Position numbers and translations under genes: made by a program | Notes under the pieces: model-generated | Databases searched by the model: none | Told to the model about the DNA's origin: nothing | What the model saw: the letters and a program-made list of their open reading frames with translations, nothing else | Shown: positions 52,374 to 63,200 of the stretch, one piece after another | Layout of the letters: each line of letters begins with the position of its first letter | Numbering within the stretch: position 1 is the stretch's first letter | Assembly: GCA_965248755.1 (NCBI GenBank) | Contig: OZ252149.1 | Span: 2,592,001 to 2,656,000 of the forward strand | Reading direction: 5' to 3' | Length of the DNA: 64,000 nucleotides | DNA from: Candidatus Latescibacterota bacterium | Lineage (GTDB): Bacteria; Latescibacterota; CBDEFO01

Positions 52374-53487
52374 CGTTCATCTCCATTGTAAAATGTGACT
52401 TAATCTTTCCCCACGAATTAGCCTCCACAGCGGTCGGATCAGGATACTCTGGAAGCGGCACGAAGAACAGACCGTCAGGTCTCCCGACGTAAAGACGCGA
52501 TCTATCCGGATCTAAGGCCAGTGCAAAAACAAGACCGTGCCATTCTTCAAAATTCAAAGGTTGACTGCCCAAAGGCTGCCAGGTAACTCCCCCGTCAGTC
52601 GTGTAAAATACCCCCTCTGTAGTACCCGCGTAGATAACACCAGGAGCATCTGGATCTGGCAGCAAGCAGACAGTGTTTCCCCAGATGGGGAGCCGATATT
52701 CTTCAGTATCGATCGGAGGACCATATTCGAGCCCCTCCCACGTATCTCCTTCGTCCAGACTCCGATATACGACCACCGCTCTTTCATCTCTGATTAATCC
52801 TTTGCCAGCGTAAAAGATCTTCTCGTCCGAAGAGAACGCGAAGGCCCCACTCACTATTGAAAGATCCTCCCAGGTCTCACCGCCATCCCTGCTCCGGCGG
52901 AAAGGAACGCCGGCCTTGAAGGCAAAGATAGTACTGCCGTCACTCGTCGCTTCGATTTCAGTCCCCGAATTACCTCCTATGTCGTTGTAAGGCACATACA
53001 ACGAACGCCACTGCTTACCTCCATCATCCGTCCGGTAAACACGCCCGCGAGGTCCCTGTGCTAACAACAATTCCGAATTAAGAGAACTTATCCATAGTTC
53101 GTTCATAGGCCCCCCCAGTAAACCCTGATTGATCCCTACCCAGTGTCTTCCTCCATCTTCGCTGCGATACAGACCGTTGCCCGAAGCTACATAGATCCGT
53201 GATGGATCGGAAGGATCAATGGCAAGGTTTAGGATACTCAGGTTTCCCAAACCCTCGTTCATCGCTTCTACTTCTCCAGTATCTGGAGTAAATCGAAGGA
53301 CCCCGACCTCTTCATTTCCTTCAATGCCCACGTAGACTAGGTTCCCACCAGGTACGACTGCAATCGCTCTGACGTAATTAGTGATAATTGGGGCGGACAT
53401 CTGGGCGTGTATTTGTGCAGCGATACCCACGATAACAAAAATTATCGTAGCCAGAACCGTGGAAGGCTTCACTGCTAGTCTTCTCAT
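52363..53487 (-). CDS. BNR/Asp-box beta-propeller protein with TAVE..SWGKIKS C-terminus
   Basis: Repeated SxDGGxxW; signal peptide. Confidence 0.85.
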   Translation of the reverse strand: MRRLAVKPSTVLATIIFVIVGIAAQIHAQMSAPIITNYVRAIAVVPGGNLVYVGIEGNEEVGVLRFTPDTGEVEAMNEGLGNLSILNLAIDPSDPSRIYVASGNGLYRSEDGGRHWVGINQGLLGGPMNELWISSLNSELLLAQGPRGRVYRTDDGGKQWRSLYVPYNDIGGNSGTEIEATSDGSTIFAFKAGVPFRRSRDGGETWEDLSIVSGAFAFSSDEKIFYAGKGLIRDERAVVVYRSLDEGDTWEGLEYGPPIDTEEYRLPIWGNTVCLLPDPDAPGVIYAGTTEGVFYTTDGGVTWQPLGSQPLNFEEWHGLVFALALDPDRSRLYVGRPDGLFFVPLPEYPDPTAVEANSWGKIKSHFTMEMNDDD

Positions 53488-53650
53488 TTTGTTTCATCAC
53501 CTCCTTCCAAGAACTAATGTGATCAACTGCAATACAGGAGCTCTTTTCTGAAGCTTCGCTCCCTCCTTTCCTTTGTGTGAAACCATTGTAGCTTACGGCA
53601 TGAGAGTTTTTTAAGTTAATAGAAGTATCTTTTCAGAAAACAAATGAGGA

Positions 53651-56600
53651 CTACCTATAGCTGTTATATAGACGTGTATATGTCCGTTCATTGGTTTCCA
53701 ATGTATAAGTCCTTTCATTGATTTTCAATTGGACTATATACATCCCGCTTCCCACTGGCTGACCACTCTCGTCTTGCCCATTCCAGACGACCGCATACTC
53801 TCCAGCAGGCTGTAATTCCTCCGGCATCAACTCTTGCACACGTTGACCTAACAAATTGTAGATGGACAACTGTACCCGGGCTGTCTCCGGTAACTGGAAC
53901 CTGATGGTAGTAGTCGGGTTGAACGGATTAGGTGATGTTTTCAGACCTATGTCTGAAGATGGTTCTGATGCTGTTGAAGCTGAGGCGACTGGTTGAGAGG
54001 CTTCTCTTCCCGCAGGCGGTGGAGGCAAATCCTCTACATCCAGAAGAACCATCCAAGCGCCATAAGCCACAGGGTGATTCGGATAATCTCGCAATATCGG
54101 TTCTAACAATTGTCGAGCCTGTGTCTCGTCTTTCATGTAGTACATGTACACTTCGCCCAAGGACTTCTGTGCAGAGAGCCGGTCGTCAAAATCCTCTGAT
54201 TCTGTCATCTCCTGCTCATACGCAGCTATAGCGGCATTGTACTGCCCATCAGCTACCAGGGCCTGACGCCACAGAGCAACTACTTTGCGCCGCACGGAGG
54301 CTGCCGGATGACTCGAAGCCAGGGCGTCAAACCGACTGATTACGGAGCTTAAATCTGTTCCTCTATGGAGTGCAGCCCGAAAAAGGCCATCGGCGGCACG
54401 CTCTACCATTTCCACCTCAAAGGATTCCAGCAAGAGCTGATCGTAAAGTCCTACGGCAACGTCGTACTGCCGATTCTCCTCTGCCAGCAGTGCTTGTATC
54501 AGACGCTCCTCTTGCAAGGATACTTCTCTGGCCAACGCGACAGGTTTTGGGATTAACTCTGTTTCGTAGGGCACGTAGTCAACTTCAGAACTAGGAGAAA
54601 AGAGTACAGCGGGATCTGGAGGATCAGTCCCCCACCAATTGAATTCTGCATTAATAGAAGCGTAAGAGTATCCTGTGTCGATGAATATAGCTTTTCCCCC
54701 TGCATCATCGTAGATATTATTGTCACCGGGATTAGAGCTAAGGCCAAGCTTAGGGTTTGAGTCCTTCTGGCAGTAGATCTCTGCCTTCGTGCTGCCCCCG
54801 TTGTCGACGATCTTGTTTTTTCTTCCAGTTGTACCCGTGCCCTCGAGTATCGGATCAGAATTGTTCCACAAGTGGAGCCCCCATAAACCGTTGCCAGTAA
54901 TCTTGTTATTCCCAAATGTGGGACTGGCATTATTGAAGAGGTAGACCCCTTCACCGTCGTTGCCGTCCATTGTATTGTTGTAGAACGAAGAAGGAGAACT
55001 GCTGTCCATATACACACCTATGTTATCGTTGTTGTTGATACTGGTGTTGTCATGAACATTAGGCACTGAACTGGAGTTAAGGGAGAGCCCAGTGGTGTTA
55101 AGTTCTAAGGTGTTGCCGGAGATTCTGCCTGTACTGCCCATTCCCACGGTCTTGACTCCTACCGTCGAGTAAGTTATGGTATTATCATCGATCTTTGGAG
55201 CTGAAGTATCAACATAGACACCATATTTCGCGTTTTTGATATTGCAATTTTTCACGGTACTTGTGTTGTCCGCACTCGACTTGAAGATAATGCCGTACCA
55301 CTCCTCCTTCGTCGTGCCACCATTGGTAGATTGAAAGGTGATAGACCCTGATGTTCCATCGGCTAACAGCTTGCCTTCAATGACCAGTTCACAGCGGTTG
55401 GGATCCAATCCCTTCTGATTGCCATCTGTAGTAGTAAATTTGAGGGTAGTTGCTGACCCTATGGTGAGCATTTTTCCGGTAGAAACGGTGATGTCTGCAT
55501 TTGACGTGACTATAGTGCCAGACCCGGAAATACTCATGGTGCCGCCAATGTAAGCCCCATACGTCAGAGTAGTAGACGTAGCTATGTTCTCAGCCCAGTA
55601 ATTGTTCATCACATCTGCTGTTGTAGAGCTGGTATTATTCGTAATATTAAATGCAGCAACATGTGTATTGGGCCAAGAGGAGGGTCTATCACTGCCGCTT
55701 TTGATACTCGGAGTTGTAAAGTCACTTATATTTTGATTATTTGACGATCCAGGAAATGGGTCACCGAAGAGATTATCCTTGTTCGCTATACCATCAGCCT
55801 CGATGAGATCTTGGTTAAGGCCGAAATTAGATTGTCTTATGTACCATACCAAAAGGCCAGAACCACTCCAAAAGTGCTTCCAAAGGTATCTATTAAACCC
55901 TTGTCCTCCTTTCCTATGCTCAAGCACATAATATTCCGATTGATACCCAGTAAATAAGCGGTAGTAAACACCTGAACCTATCTGCTTATTCTCTTCCCTG
56001 CCCGCGATAGCTGTGAATTGTAGCCACCCTTGGTTCATTCTTTCCTCAGGTGATAGTGAAAACGGGCAGTTTCCTATTCGCGACCCACTTTGTGATCCAC
56101 TCTGCATAAGAGACCACCACCCCATATCTGTGCCAGGGTGGTACTGTCCCAGCAGATGCCCAAATTCGTGTGCATGAGTTCCAATATGAGGGAAGTTAGC
56201 TCCTGCATATTCCTGTTTTCGGACGTTTGTGTCGTGATTGGAATCTCTCCTTTCACTCATTGAGTAGTATCCGCCACCAATGCCATTGACTTGTGGAGTC
56301 AATCCCCCAGCATCATAGAGGTTTCCTGCATATATATACGCTATCTTACGAGTAGTACTCGTTGACGTATTGATCCCTGCATCTTGCGCAGCTTGTATCG
56401 CAGCGTTAAAGAAAATCGAGGCAGTAAGACTATCGTAGATAGCTTTTGATTCTGGTAAAGTCAACCAGATCGGTACACCATTCCCGTCTACGCTATTCAA
56501 TACTCCTCCTCCATTATTCTTAGTAAGGTTGAAGGTTCCCCCTGACATATCGTCATAGTAGGCCCACACACTTCCGAACACTGTCTCGCCATCAGGATGG

Positions 56601-57133
56601 GATGTGTAGTTGGTGCTGAACAACATATCCTCAAACTGTACTTTTGTGTAAGCACTTGGGCTAGTACGATGCTTTACATCTGTAAATTCCACTAGTACAA
56701 TTCCTTGAGTTACCTCTGGCGGTGCGCCTAACGTTTTGCTGACCTTTGCTGCACCTATTGTTGGTAGAAAGCCACGCCTTCTTTTTTCCGCTTCTATCTC
56801 CTTCTTCCTCTGCGAGCTTCTCTTCAGATGCTTTTCAATCCCATTTTCCACAGGATCATCGATCTCCACCTTGAATCCGGATTTATGGAATTCACCTCTC
56901 GAATCCAACTCGGCATAGTAGAAGTACCCATCCACCACATCGCGTTTATACTTATAGCCGTCCTCTGTTTCAGAGTTAAATTCAAACTCGTCTCCCCACT
57001 CCCTGCCGACAAAGGTGACACCATTCGGCTGTCTAACTGTGATAAAATCGGTATCTAAATAGTAAGCGAAAGAAAGTCCACCGCTCAACAGCACTGTTAC
57101 GAGCACAGCTATTAGCAAGACGATCCTATTCAT
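53651..57133 (-). CDS. M6 (immune inhibitor A-like) metalloprotease + beta-helix + TPR + CTD
   Basis: VRQPNG..WGDE propeptide, VLVEFTD, GSVWAYYDDMS, HEFGHLLG, WSLMQSGS. Confidence 0.88.
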   Translation of the reverse strand: MNRIVLLIAVLVTVLLSGGLSFAYYLDTDFITVRQPNGVTFVGREWGDEFEFNSETEDGYKYKRDVVDGYFYYAELDSRGEFHKSGFKVEIDDPVENGIEKHLKRSSQRKKEIEAEKRRRGFLPTIGAAKVSKTLGAPPEVTQGIVLVEFTDVKHRTSPSAYTKVQFEDMLFSTNYTSHPDGETVFGSVWAYYDDMSGGTFNLTKNNGGGVLNSVDGNGVPIWLTLPESKAIYDSLTASIFFNAAIQAAQDAGINTSTSTTRKIAYIYAGNLYDAGGLTPQVNGIGGGYYSMSERRDSNHDTNVRKQEYAGANFPHIGTHAHEFGHLLGQYHPGTDMGWWSLMQSGSQSGSRIGNCPFSLSPEERMNQGWLQFTAIAGREENKQIGSGVYYRLFTGYQSEYYVLEHRKGGQGFNRYLWKHFWSGSGLLVWYIRQSNFGLNQDLIEADGIANKDNLFGDPFPGSSNNQNISDFTTPSIKSGSDRPSSWPNTHVAAFNITNNTSSTTADVMNNYWAENIATSTTLTYGAYIGGTMSISGSGTIVTSNADITVSTGKMLTIGSATTLKFTTTDGNQKGLDPNRCELVIEGKLLADGTSGSITFQSTNGGTTKEEWYGIIFKSSADNTSTVKNCNIKNAKYGVYVDTSAPKIDDNTITYSTVGVKTVGMGSTGRISGNTLELNTTGLSLNSSSVPNVHDNTSINNNDNIGVYMDSSSPSSFYNNTMDGNDGEGVYLFNNASPTFGNNKITGNGLWGLHLWNNSDPILEGTGTTGRKNKIVDNGGSTKAEIYCQKDSNPKLGLSSNPGDNNIYDDAGGKAIFIDTGYSYASINAEFNWWGTDPPDPAVLFSPSSEVDYVPYETELIPKPVALAREVSLQEERLIQALLAEENRQYDVAVGLYDQLLLESFEVEMVERAADGLFRAALHRGTDLSSVISRFDALASSHPAASVRRKVVALWRQALVADGQYNAAIAAYEQEMTESEDFDDRLSAQKSLGEVYMYYMKDETQARQLLEPILRDYPNHPVAYGAWMVLLDVEDLPPPPAGREASQPVASASTASEPSSDIGLKTSPNPFNPTTTIRFQLPETARVQLSIYNLLGQRVQELMPEELQPAGEYAVVWNGQDESGQPVGSGMYIVQLKINERTYTLETNERTYTRLYNSYR

Positions 57134-57145
57134 TTTCTTATCATC

Positions 57146-58621
57146 CTATTTTAGAATAACTGCCTTTCTTGCTATACTCAACTCCTTGCTCTTCATCCTG
57201 TAAATGTATATGGCGGTTCCCACCTCCTTTCCTTGTTTGTCTCTGCCATACCATACTATGGAGTGACGGCCAGCATCCATTTCCTTATCCACAAGTGTTG
57301 CTACCTTTTGCCCCTTCATATTAAATACGGATATATTTACGTGGCTCCTATTGGGGAGATCGTAATGGATCACTGTCTCAGCGTTGAACGGATTGGGATA
57401 GTTCTGAGAAAGGCCGTAAGACTCAGGAACATTTAATGCAGACTCTGCCTCAACAGTTATAGCAGTGGAGTCATCCGCAGAAGAGCTGGAGAGATTCAAC
57501 AACACTGATACACTATTACTACCCCAGTTAGCTGTGACTAAGTCATTATCTCCATCTCCATCCAAATCTGCACTGAAAACTGACTGCGGGCGACTGCCAA
57601 CACCAAAGGCCACCTTAGGTGCGAATGTTCCATCTCCATTATTCAACAATACTGACACAGCGTTGCTTTTTTCATTAGCCGCAACCAGGTCATTATATCC
57701 ATCTCCATCTAAATCTGTACTGAACACTGACTGCGGAAGAGTTTCGACGATATAGCTCGCCTTGGGTGCGAACGTACCATCTCCATTATTCAGCAACACT
57801 GACACAGTACCGCCGCCGAAGGCCACATCCCCAATAGCCAAGTCATTATCTCCATCCCCATCTAGATCTGCAATGAATACTGACCTGGGTAAATCCCCCG
57901 CGTTATAGTCCACTTTTAGTTCAAATGTGCCATCTCCCTTATTCAACAACACCGACACAGTATTACTACCCCAATTAGCTACAGCCAGGTCATTATCTCC
58001 GTCACCGTCTAAATCTGCACCAAAAACGGAACGGGGTTGACTTCCAACACCATGGTCGACTCCATGTCTAAATGTGCCATCACCGTTATTTAACAATACT
58101 GACACATTATTGTCGAACGGATCATCAAACAAATCACTATAATTGGCCACAGCCAAATCATTATCCCCATCCCCATCTAAATCCGCAATGAAAACTGCTG
58201 CGGACCAAAACCCAGTGCTATATCTCACATTAGATGCGAATGTCCCATCACCGTTATTTAACAACACTGACACAGTACCGTCGCCGGAGAAGCCCGCATT
58301 AGCCACAGCCAAGTCATTATCTCCATCTCCATCCAAATCAGCAATGAAGACTGATTGGGGTCCCATCTCAACACCGTAGTCAACCTTAGATGCAAATGTC
58401 CCATCCCCATTATTCAAAAACACTGACACACTAGCGCTGTTGAAATTAGCCACAGCCAAGTCATTATCTCCATCTCCATCCAAATCAGCAATGAAGACTG
58501 ATTGGGGACTATTCCCAACGGCATAGTCAGTCCTGGCCCCGAAAAGACTTAGTGCATCGACAACCGTATTCATAGCAACCAATAGCGCGACAGCAACTGT
58601 CGATAACGTGAATCTTGTCAT
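57146..58621 (-). CDS. FG-GAP/VCBS-repeat protein with CTD
   Basis: Seven DLDGDG.NDL repeats; QNYPNPFN CTD. Confidence 0.9.
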   Translation of the reverse strand: MTRFTLSTVAVALLVAMNTVVDALSLFGARTDYAVGNSPQSVFIADLDGDGDNDLAVANFNSASVSVFLNNGDGTFASKVDYGVEMGPQSVFIADLDGDGDNDLAVANAGFSGDGTVSVLLNNGDGTFASNVRYSTGFWSAAVFIADLDGDGDNDLAVANYSDLFDDPFDNNVSVLLNNGDGTFRHGVDHGVGSQPRSVFGADLDGDGDNDLAVANWGSNTVSVLLNKGDGTFELKVDYNAGDLPRSVFIADLDGDGDNDLAIGDVAFGGGTVSVLLNNGDGTFAPKASYIVETLPQSVFSTDLDGDGYNDLVAANEKSNAVSVLLNNGDGTFAPKVAFGVGSRPQSVFSADLDGDGDNDLVTANWGSNSVSVLLNLSSSSADDSTAITVEAESALNVPESYGLSQNYPNPFNAETVIHYDLPNRSHVNISVFNMKGQKVATLVDKEMDAGRHSIVWYGRDKQGKEVGTAIYIYRMKSKELSIARKAVILK

Positions 58622-58940
58622 TAGGACACCTCTTATCAACAGGTAAGATATTTCATATATGGTCCTTTTCAAACATCACTTCCGCCTCTACTCACACGAA
58701 ACCACTACCCATAGCGGAATGGAAGCTCTTTAGGTTAAGGTAACCCAGTAGCGTTTTTAGAAGTCAAATGCGAGCTACCTATAGCTGTTACGTAGAATTC
58801 GTGAAAGACACCGCATAGAAGTCATCAAGTTCTTTGCTTAATCAGGATAATGTTAGTAACTATTATGTGTATATATAGTACAATTCCCAAGCTTTGTCAA
58901 GCTTTCTTTGATGACATATCTTAAATATTTTACAGGTATT

Positions 58941-58970
58941 TAGTATTTGTCAACTATTTTACAAATACTA
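58941..58970. promoter_or_regulatory. palindromic operator, copy 1
   Basis: TAGTATTTGT-N10-ACAAATACTA, about 40 bp upstream of a minus-strand TTGACA-N17-TATATA. Confidence 0.7.
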
Positions 58971-59567
58971 TAGTAAATCATTATTCTTCTAATTTAATTA
59001 GATACCTGAGATAGAGAAAACATCCAAATGTGTTTTGACTTTTTTTCCAAATTGAAGATAAAGTACAATATCTTAAAAAGAGAATATTAACAAGCTAAGA
59101 GTTTGGATGATATATCGCCTGGCGTGTTCGCTTATTTTTTGTCAGTTTGAAAAAAGTTGCATCCACCGCGACGTCTGCATCACCTCTTGGCCGATGGATG
59201 TGCTGAAGTTCGGGGATCAAAACGGTTGGAAATCACCTCACACTGAACTGCTTGAAATTCAAATGGAACACCTCATATATTGAGTAGTTTAAGAAAAGTG
59301 GACGAAGGCTCCCCTTTCCCCCTGTATGTTGCCGACTTCAAGAAGATGTCCTTACCTATTAATCTTCTCAGATTCTAACTCACTTGCGTAAATCCTTGTG
59401 CTCTTGAGAGTAATAGTATCCGCTTTCAAGGGCATATTTTTCCCAAAGACAGGGAAATTCTATATAGATTCCGTTGGGGAAACTAAATATGCAGCACAAT
59501 TAAAATCGCTCTATTCAGCTTAATTTCAATTGCTTCTGAACATATAGGAGCACAATACGCTACATAA

Positions 59568-59582
59568 TGGCACAACTTTTGC
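59568..59582 (+). promoter_or_regulatory. sigma54-like promoter with no downstream gene
   Basis: TGGCAC-AACTT-TTGC. Confidence 0.5.
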
Positions 59583-59644
59583 GGTGATTCACATCGGAAA
59601 TCCATCCTACTGAAATTTGCTTGCAACTCCAACGTGAAACCCAC

Positions 59645-60976
59645 TTAGGTACCGATTATAGTTAGGGAGCCTGTCGAAGTTATTTTCATATCGCTCGTGA
59701 GAGTATGCGTGATCGCCTTCGTCAGGGTTAAGGGGGCTTTGACGGTCCCGCCTTTCGGTTCTGGATCGAGAATCCACAGCCCCGTGCGCATATCACTGGC
59801 CACGAGATAGCCCTTTCCGCCAATTGTGGCATAGCGTACCCCCAAGCACTTCGGATCATTCCCACCACCACCACCTTCATTGTCGCCAGTAATGTAATAG
59901 CCGATCTCGGATGGGGATGTCCGATTACTGATATCCAAGACCCGCACCCCGTGCCCATAATGGGAGAGGTACAATCGATTCCCATTGATCCAGGGATTAT
60001 GCACCGAATGGAGAAATCCCTGGTCATTTAAATTATCATGATCCCAGTTCGGATGTTCGGAGCCTGACAAGGCACTCCCTGTAAACTGTCGGACATCCAC
60101 CCCACCGGATTCCGTATATGATCTAGTGAGGTCTTCATAACAGATATATAAGTATCCATTTCCAGTCAGAGCCGAACTATGGGTTAGATCTATCGGCGAT
60201 GGAAGGTAAGTAGCCACCGGATCTGGATCATTCAGGCCTAAGGAGCTGAGATCCGAGATGTCAATCACTTGAGTCCCCCCGCCCACATTGTAGCTCACAA
60301 AGGCATATGGCGTCCCGCTATATGTCGCCACATAGGTGTCGTGGGCAGCCACTCTATAGCTCTGATTGACATTCCTATCACTATACCAATCGCCAATATG
60401 GGTCGGTTGCCCACCCGTTCGAATCGGGGCCATATCCACAAAGTGGACCCGACCACCATCATCAAAAGCATCCAGATTATCATTCAACAGGAGCTTATCT
60501 CCCCAAACGGTGATTGAATGCACGGCGTGATCTTTAAAATATCGATCAACAGATGATGGTTGAGCAGGATTTGCCCCAATATCGAAAACCTCAACCCCGG
60601 CTTTATCCGCATCCGCATCCGCATCGTCTTTAAAATCCGACCAAGACAGGAAGAGATACTTGCCATCAGGGGAGACTTCGATATCTGCACTCCCTTCGTT
60701 CGCAGTCGGAGACCCAGTAACGACAGTGGTCTTGAATACTGGATTGCTGGGAGTGGAAATGTTCCAGACATCGAAGCCTTTGTCAAGAATGGCAACATAC
60801 GCCATAGTGTCGTACACGGCCACTTCACCATACTGTTTACCCCCGTGCGCGGGTTTCAGACCATGACCGATCAAATTCACATTCTCCCCTCGACCATCTC
60901 CACCGAGAGCCACTTCAGGGAGACCGACACTGAGCAGAACGATGACTATGCTCGCAATCAAGAAATAGATTTTTAT
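59645..60976 (-). CDS. LVIVD-repeat beta-propeller protein, probably C-terminally truncated
   Basis: GFDVWNISTPSNP, HNPWINGNRLYLSHYGHGVRVLDISN; ends as a beta-helix-like segment begins; ATA start after GGAGG. Confidence 0.78.
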   Translation of the reverse strand: MKIYFLIASIVIVLLSVGLPEVALGGDGRGENVNLIGHGLKPAHGGKQYGEVAVYDTMAYVAILDKGFDVWNISTPSNPVFKTTVVTGSPTANEGSADIEVSPDGKYLFLSWSDFKDDADADADKAGVEVFDIGANPAQPSSVDRYFKDHAVHSITVWGDKLLLNDNLDAFDDGGRVHFVDMAPIRTGGQPTHIGDWYSDRNVNQSYRVAAHDTYVATYSGTPYAFVSYNVGGGTQVIDISDLSSLGLNDPDPVATYLPSPIDLTHSSALTGNGYLYICYEDLTRSYTESGGVDVRQFTGSALSGSEHPNWDHDNLNDQGFLHSVHNPWINGNRLYLSHYGHGVRVLDISNRTSPSEIGYYITGDNEGGGGGNDPKCLGVRYATIGGKGYLVASDMRTGLWILDPEPKGGTVKAPLTLTKAITHTLTSDMKITSTGSLTIIGT

Positions 60977-61063
60977 TACAACCTCCCACAGATTAAGGAA
61001 TTTTTCAGCAACAGACCCTGCGAAACACCACAGGAGAACTATCCGAGTACCTCTTTTCCATAC

Positions 61064-62545
61064 TTATTTCGCTATCACCACCTTTCGCGTCACAACATCC
61101 TGGTTCGTCCGTAAACGAACGATATAGATCCCATTACTGACTTCAGTACCCTGCGCATCCCTGCCATCCCAGAGCTCCTGAAAATTTCCAGCTTCCACCT
61201 GCCCCTGTATCAGGGTCCTTACTTTCTGCCCGGCGAGATTGAACACTTCAAGCTCAAGCCATGTCCTTGTTGGCAACGAATAGGCAATAACCGTGCCCCA
61301 CCTCCCTGGATTCGGTGCATTCCCCAATAATAGCGCGGCTGGACGCTGTGGTTGTGAGGTATCCATATCTTCCTGGTCCACGAGAGTCGAATCTCCCGTA
61401 AAGGATATCTTCCGCACGCGTCCCTGCCTAAGGGAAGGCTGGGACATCACATACAGATCCCCCTGAGAATCAAGGGCCAACCACCACGGAACGAGGGCTG
61501 CCTCGAGAGGATCCCCCCCATCCCCGGTGTTATCATCCTCCCCTGTCCCCGCAATGGTCGTTATGATCCCCTGGGGATCGATCCTGCGCACCCGCCGACT
61601 GCCCTGATCGGAGACATAGAGATTCCCGGCACGGTCCCGAACCACATCCACCGCGTTGACTAACCCAGCCTCCAGCGCTGGACCACCATCTCCCGAATAC
61701 TCCTCAGTACCATTCCCAGCGATCGTGGTGATGATGCCTGTCTGCGCTTCAATCTTCCGCACATAGAGAAATTGTGCCAAATAGATATTCCCTTCCTCAT
61801 CCACACAACCTCCTCCCGAAGACGAAGAGTTCAGCTTGACCTCAGTCGCCGCTTTTCCATCCACATCTAAAAACAACGGATCCTCAATCCGAAATCGGCT
61901 TCCTCCACCACCACTTATGTCCACACGATTGATGCGTTCCCCAGTTCCTCCCAGCCACAGGAGATTCCCCTCCAGATCCCGCTTCCACAACCGCCCTGAC
62001 GACACGTGGTCATAGAAGTAGACTTGCCCTTGCATATCCACCGCCACGACACTAAGGGAATTCCCTTCCTCTCCCACCATCCCGACAATGGGTGCCATCT
62101 CGCCCTCCGGGGTAATCTTCCAGATCAACTTTCGGATCTCTCCGACCGGTCTATTACAGTGCACAAACGGCGGATCAGGCTGCACAAACGGCGGCAAAAC
62201 GACTGGCTTCGATATCTGGTCCTCAGCGGCCTCACCTACATAGATATTCCCTGTCTGATCTATGGCGATCCCCAATGGTTGGATGAACTGTCGTTCCCCG
62301 GTAGGCGGCACGATCCGTAAGGGCTCTGCTCGATCTATCACAAGCAAAAAGCACGTATTTAGAAGATAAAGCTCATCATCCGGACCAACGGCGACATCCA
62401 CCGGACCAAAGTCTGTTCCAGGCACTGTCGTGATGACATCGGCTTGAGCCACTAAAGCACTTGTCATCAGGAATACTACCCCTGCAAGAGTACCGACGAA
62501 CATGCACACCGATTGTCGTAATCGCCCTATACACCTCGTCTTCAT
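61064..62545 (-). CDS. NHL-repeat protein with CTD
   Basis: GIITTIAGNG..YSGDGGPALEA repeats; NAPNP...WDGRD...SNGIYIVRL. Confidence 0.85.
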   Translation of the reverse strand: MKTRCIGRLRQSVCMFVGTLAGVVFLMTSALVAQADVITTVPGTDFGPVDVAVGPDDELYLLNTCFLLVIDRAEPLRIVPPTGERQFIQPLGIAIDQTGNIYVGEAAEDQISKPVVLPPFVQPDPPFVHCNRPVGEIRKLIWKITPEGEMAPIVGMVGEEGNSLSVVAVDMQGQVYFYDHVSSGRLWKRDLEGNLLWLGGTGERINRVDISGGGGSRFRIEDPLFLDVDGKAATEVKLNSSSSGGGCVDEEGNIYLAQFLYVRKIEAQTGIITTIAGNGTEEYSGDGGPALEAGLVNAVDVVRDRAGNLYVSDQGSRRVRRIDPQGIITTIAGTGEDDNTGDGGDPLEAALVPWWLALDSQGDLYVMSQPSLRQGRVRKISFTGDSTLVDQEDMDTSQPQRPAALLLGNAPNPGRWGTVIAYSLPTRTWLELEVFNLAGQKVRTLIQGQVEAGNFQELWDGRDAQGTEVSNGIYIVRLRTNQDVVTRKVVIAK

Positions 62546-62760
62546 GAAAGTATCACCCCCATCGAATTACCATCCATAGCTCTCCAAAAAATTACACGAA
62601 ACATGCATTCCCTTTTATGAAAGGTTGAATCCAGCCCAAATCCAGACCGATCCTTACTCGAATCAGGATAAGACAAACACCAAAACGCGCATCAATATAC
62701 GACAATTCCAACACTGTGTCAATGCTTTTTTTGGTTATATTTATATATGTTACAAGTTTT

Positions 62761-62790
62761 TAGTATTTGTCCAATATTCTACAAATACTA
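62761..62790. promoter_or_regulatory. palindromic operator, copy 2
   Basis: TAGTATTTGT-N10-ACAAATACTA, about 40 bp upstream of a minus-strand TTGACA-N17-TATATT (62694-62722). Confidence 0.7.
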
Positions 62791-63102
62791 AAAACAATAT
62801 GCAAACGTACACTATATCTGTATCAGGCTATTGCATTTCCAGCATTTCCTGTTGAAGCAAATCTTCTGTGAGAGTTCATATAATCGTATCCATACTAAGT
62901 GGCATTTTCTATCTCCGCTTTTGCATTTGTCAACTCCTCTTTAAATTGATACCTTAGATAGAGAAAACATCCAAACTTTTTTTGACTTTTTTTTCAAATT
63001 GAAGATAAAGTACAATATCTTAAAGAGAGTGTTAGAAAGGTAAAGAGTTTGGATGAAATATCGCCTGGCGTATTCACTTATTTTTGCCAGTTTGAAAACA
63101 AG

Positions 63103-63200
63103 TTGCTTCCACAGTGGAAACCCCTGTCAACACATAAATGCTCATGATACCTACTGCATCGAACAGCTTCATCGACTTAAGAGTCCTCTTAGTAGTCATC
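63103..63200 (-). pseudogene. signal-peptide-only remnant paralogous to the 5' end of 49320-52373
   Basis: MTTKRTLKSMKLFDAVGIMSIYVLTGVSTVEAT aligns codon for codon with TTTERILKSLKQPYAITIISIYVLLAVSTIEAT. Confidence 0.75.

Noticed and set aside
60605..60626. (ATCCGC)n repeat encoding DADADAD
   Set aside because: About three in-frame units; no evidence of phase variation
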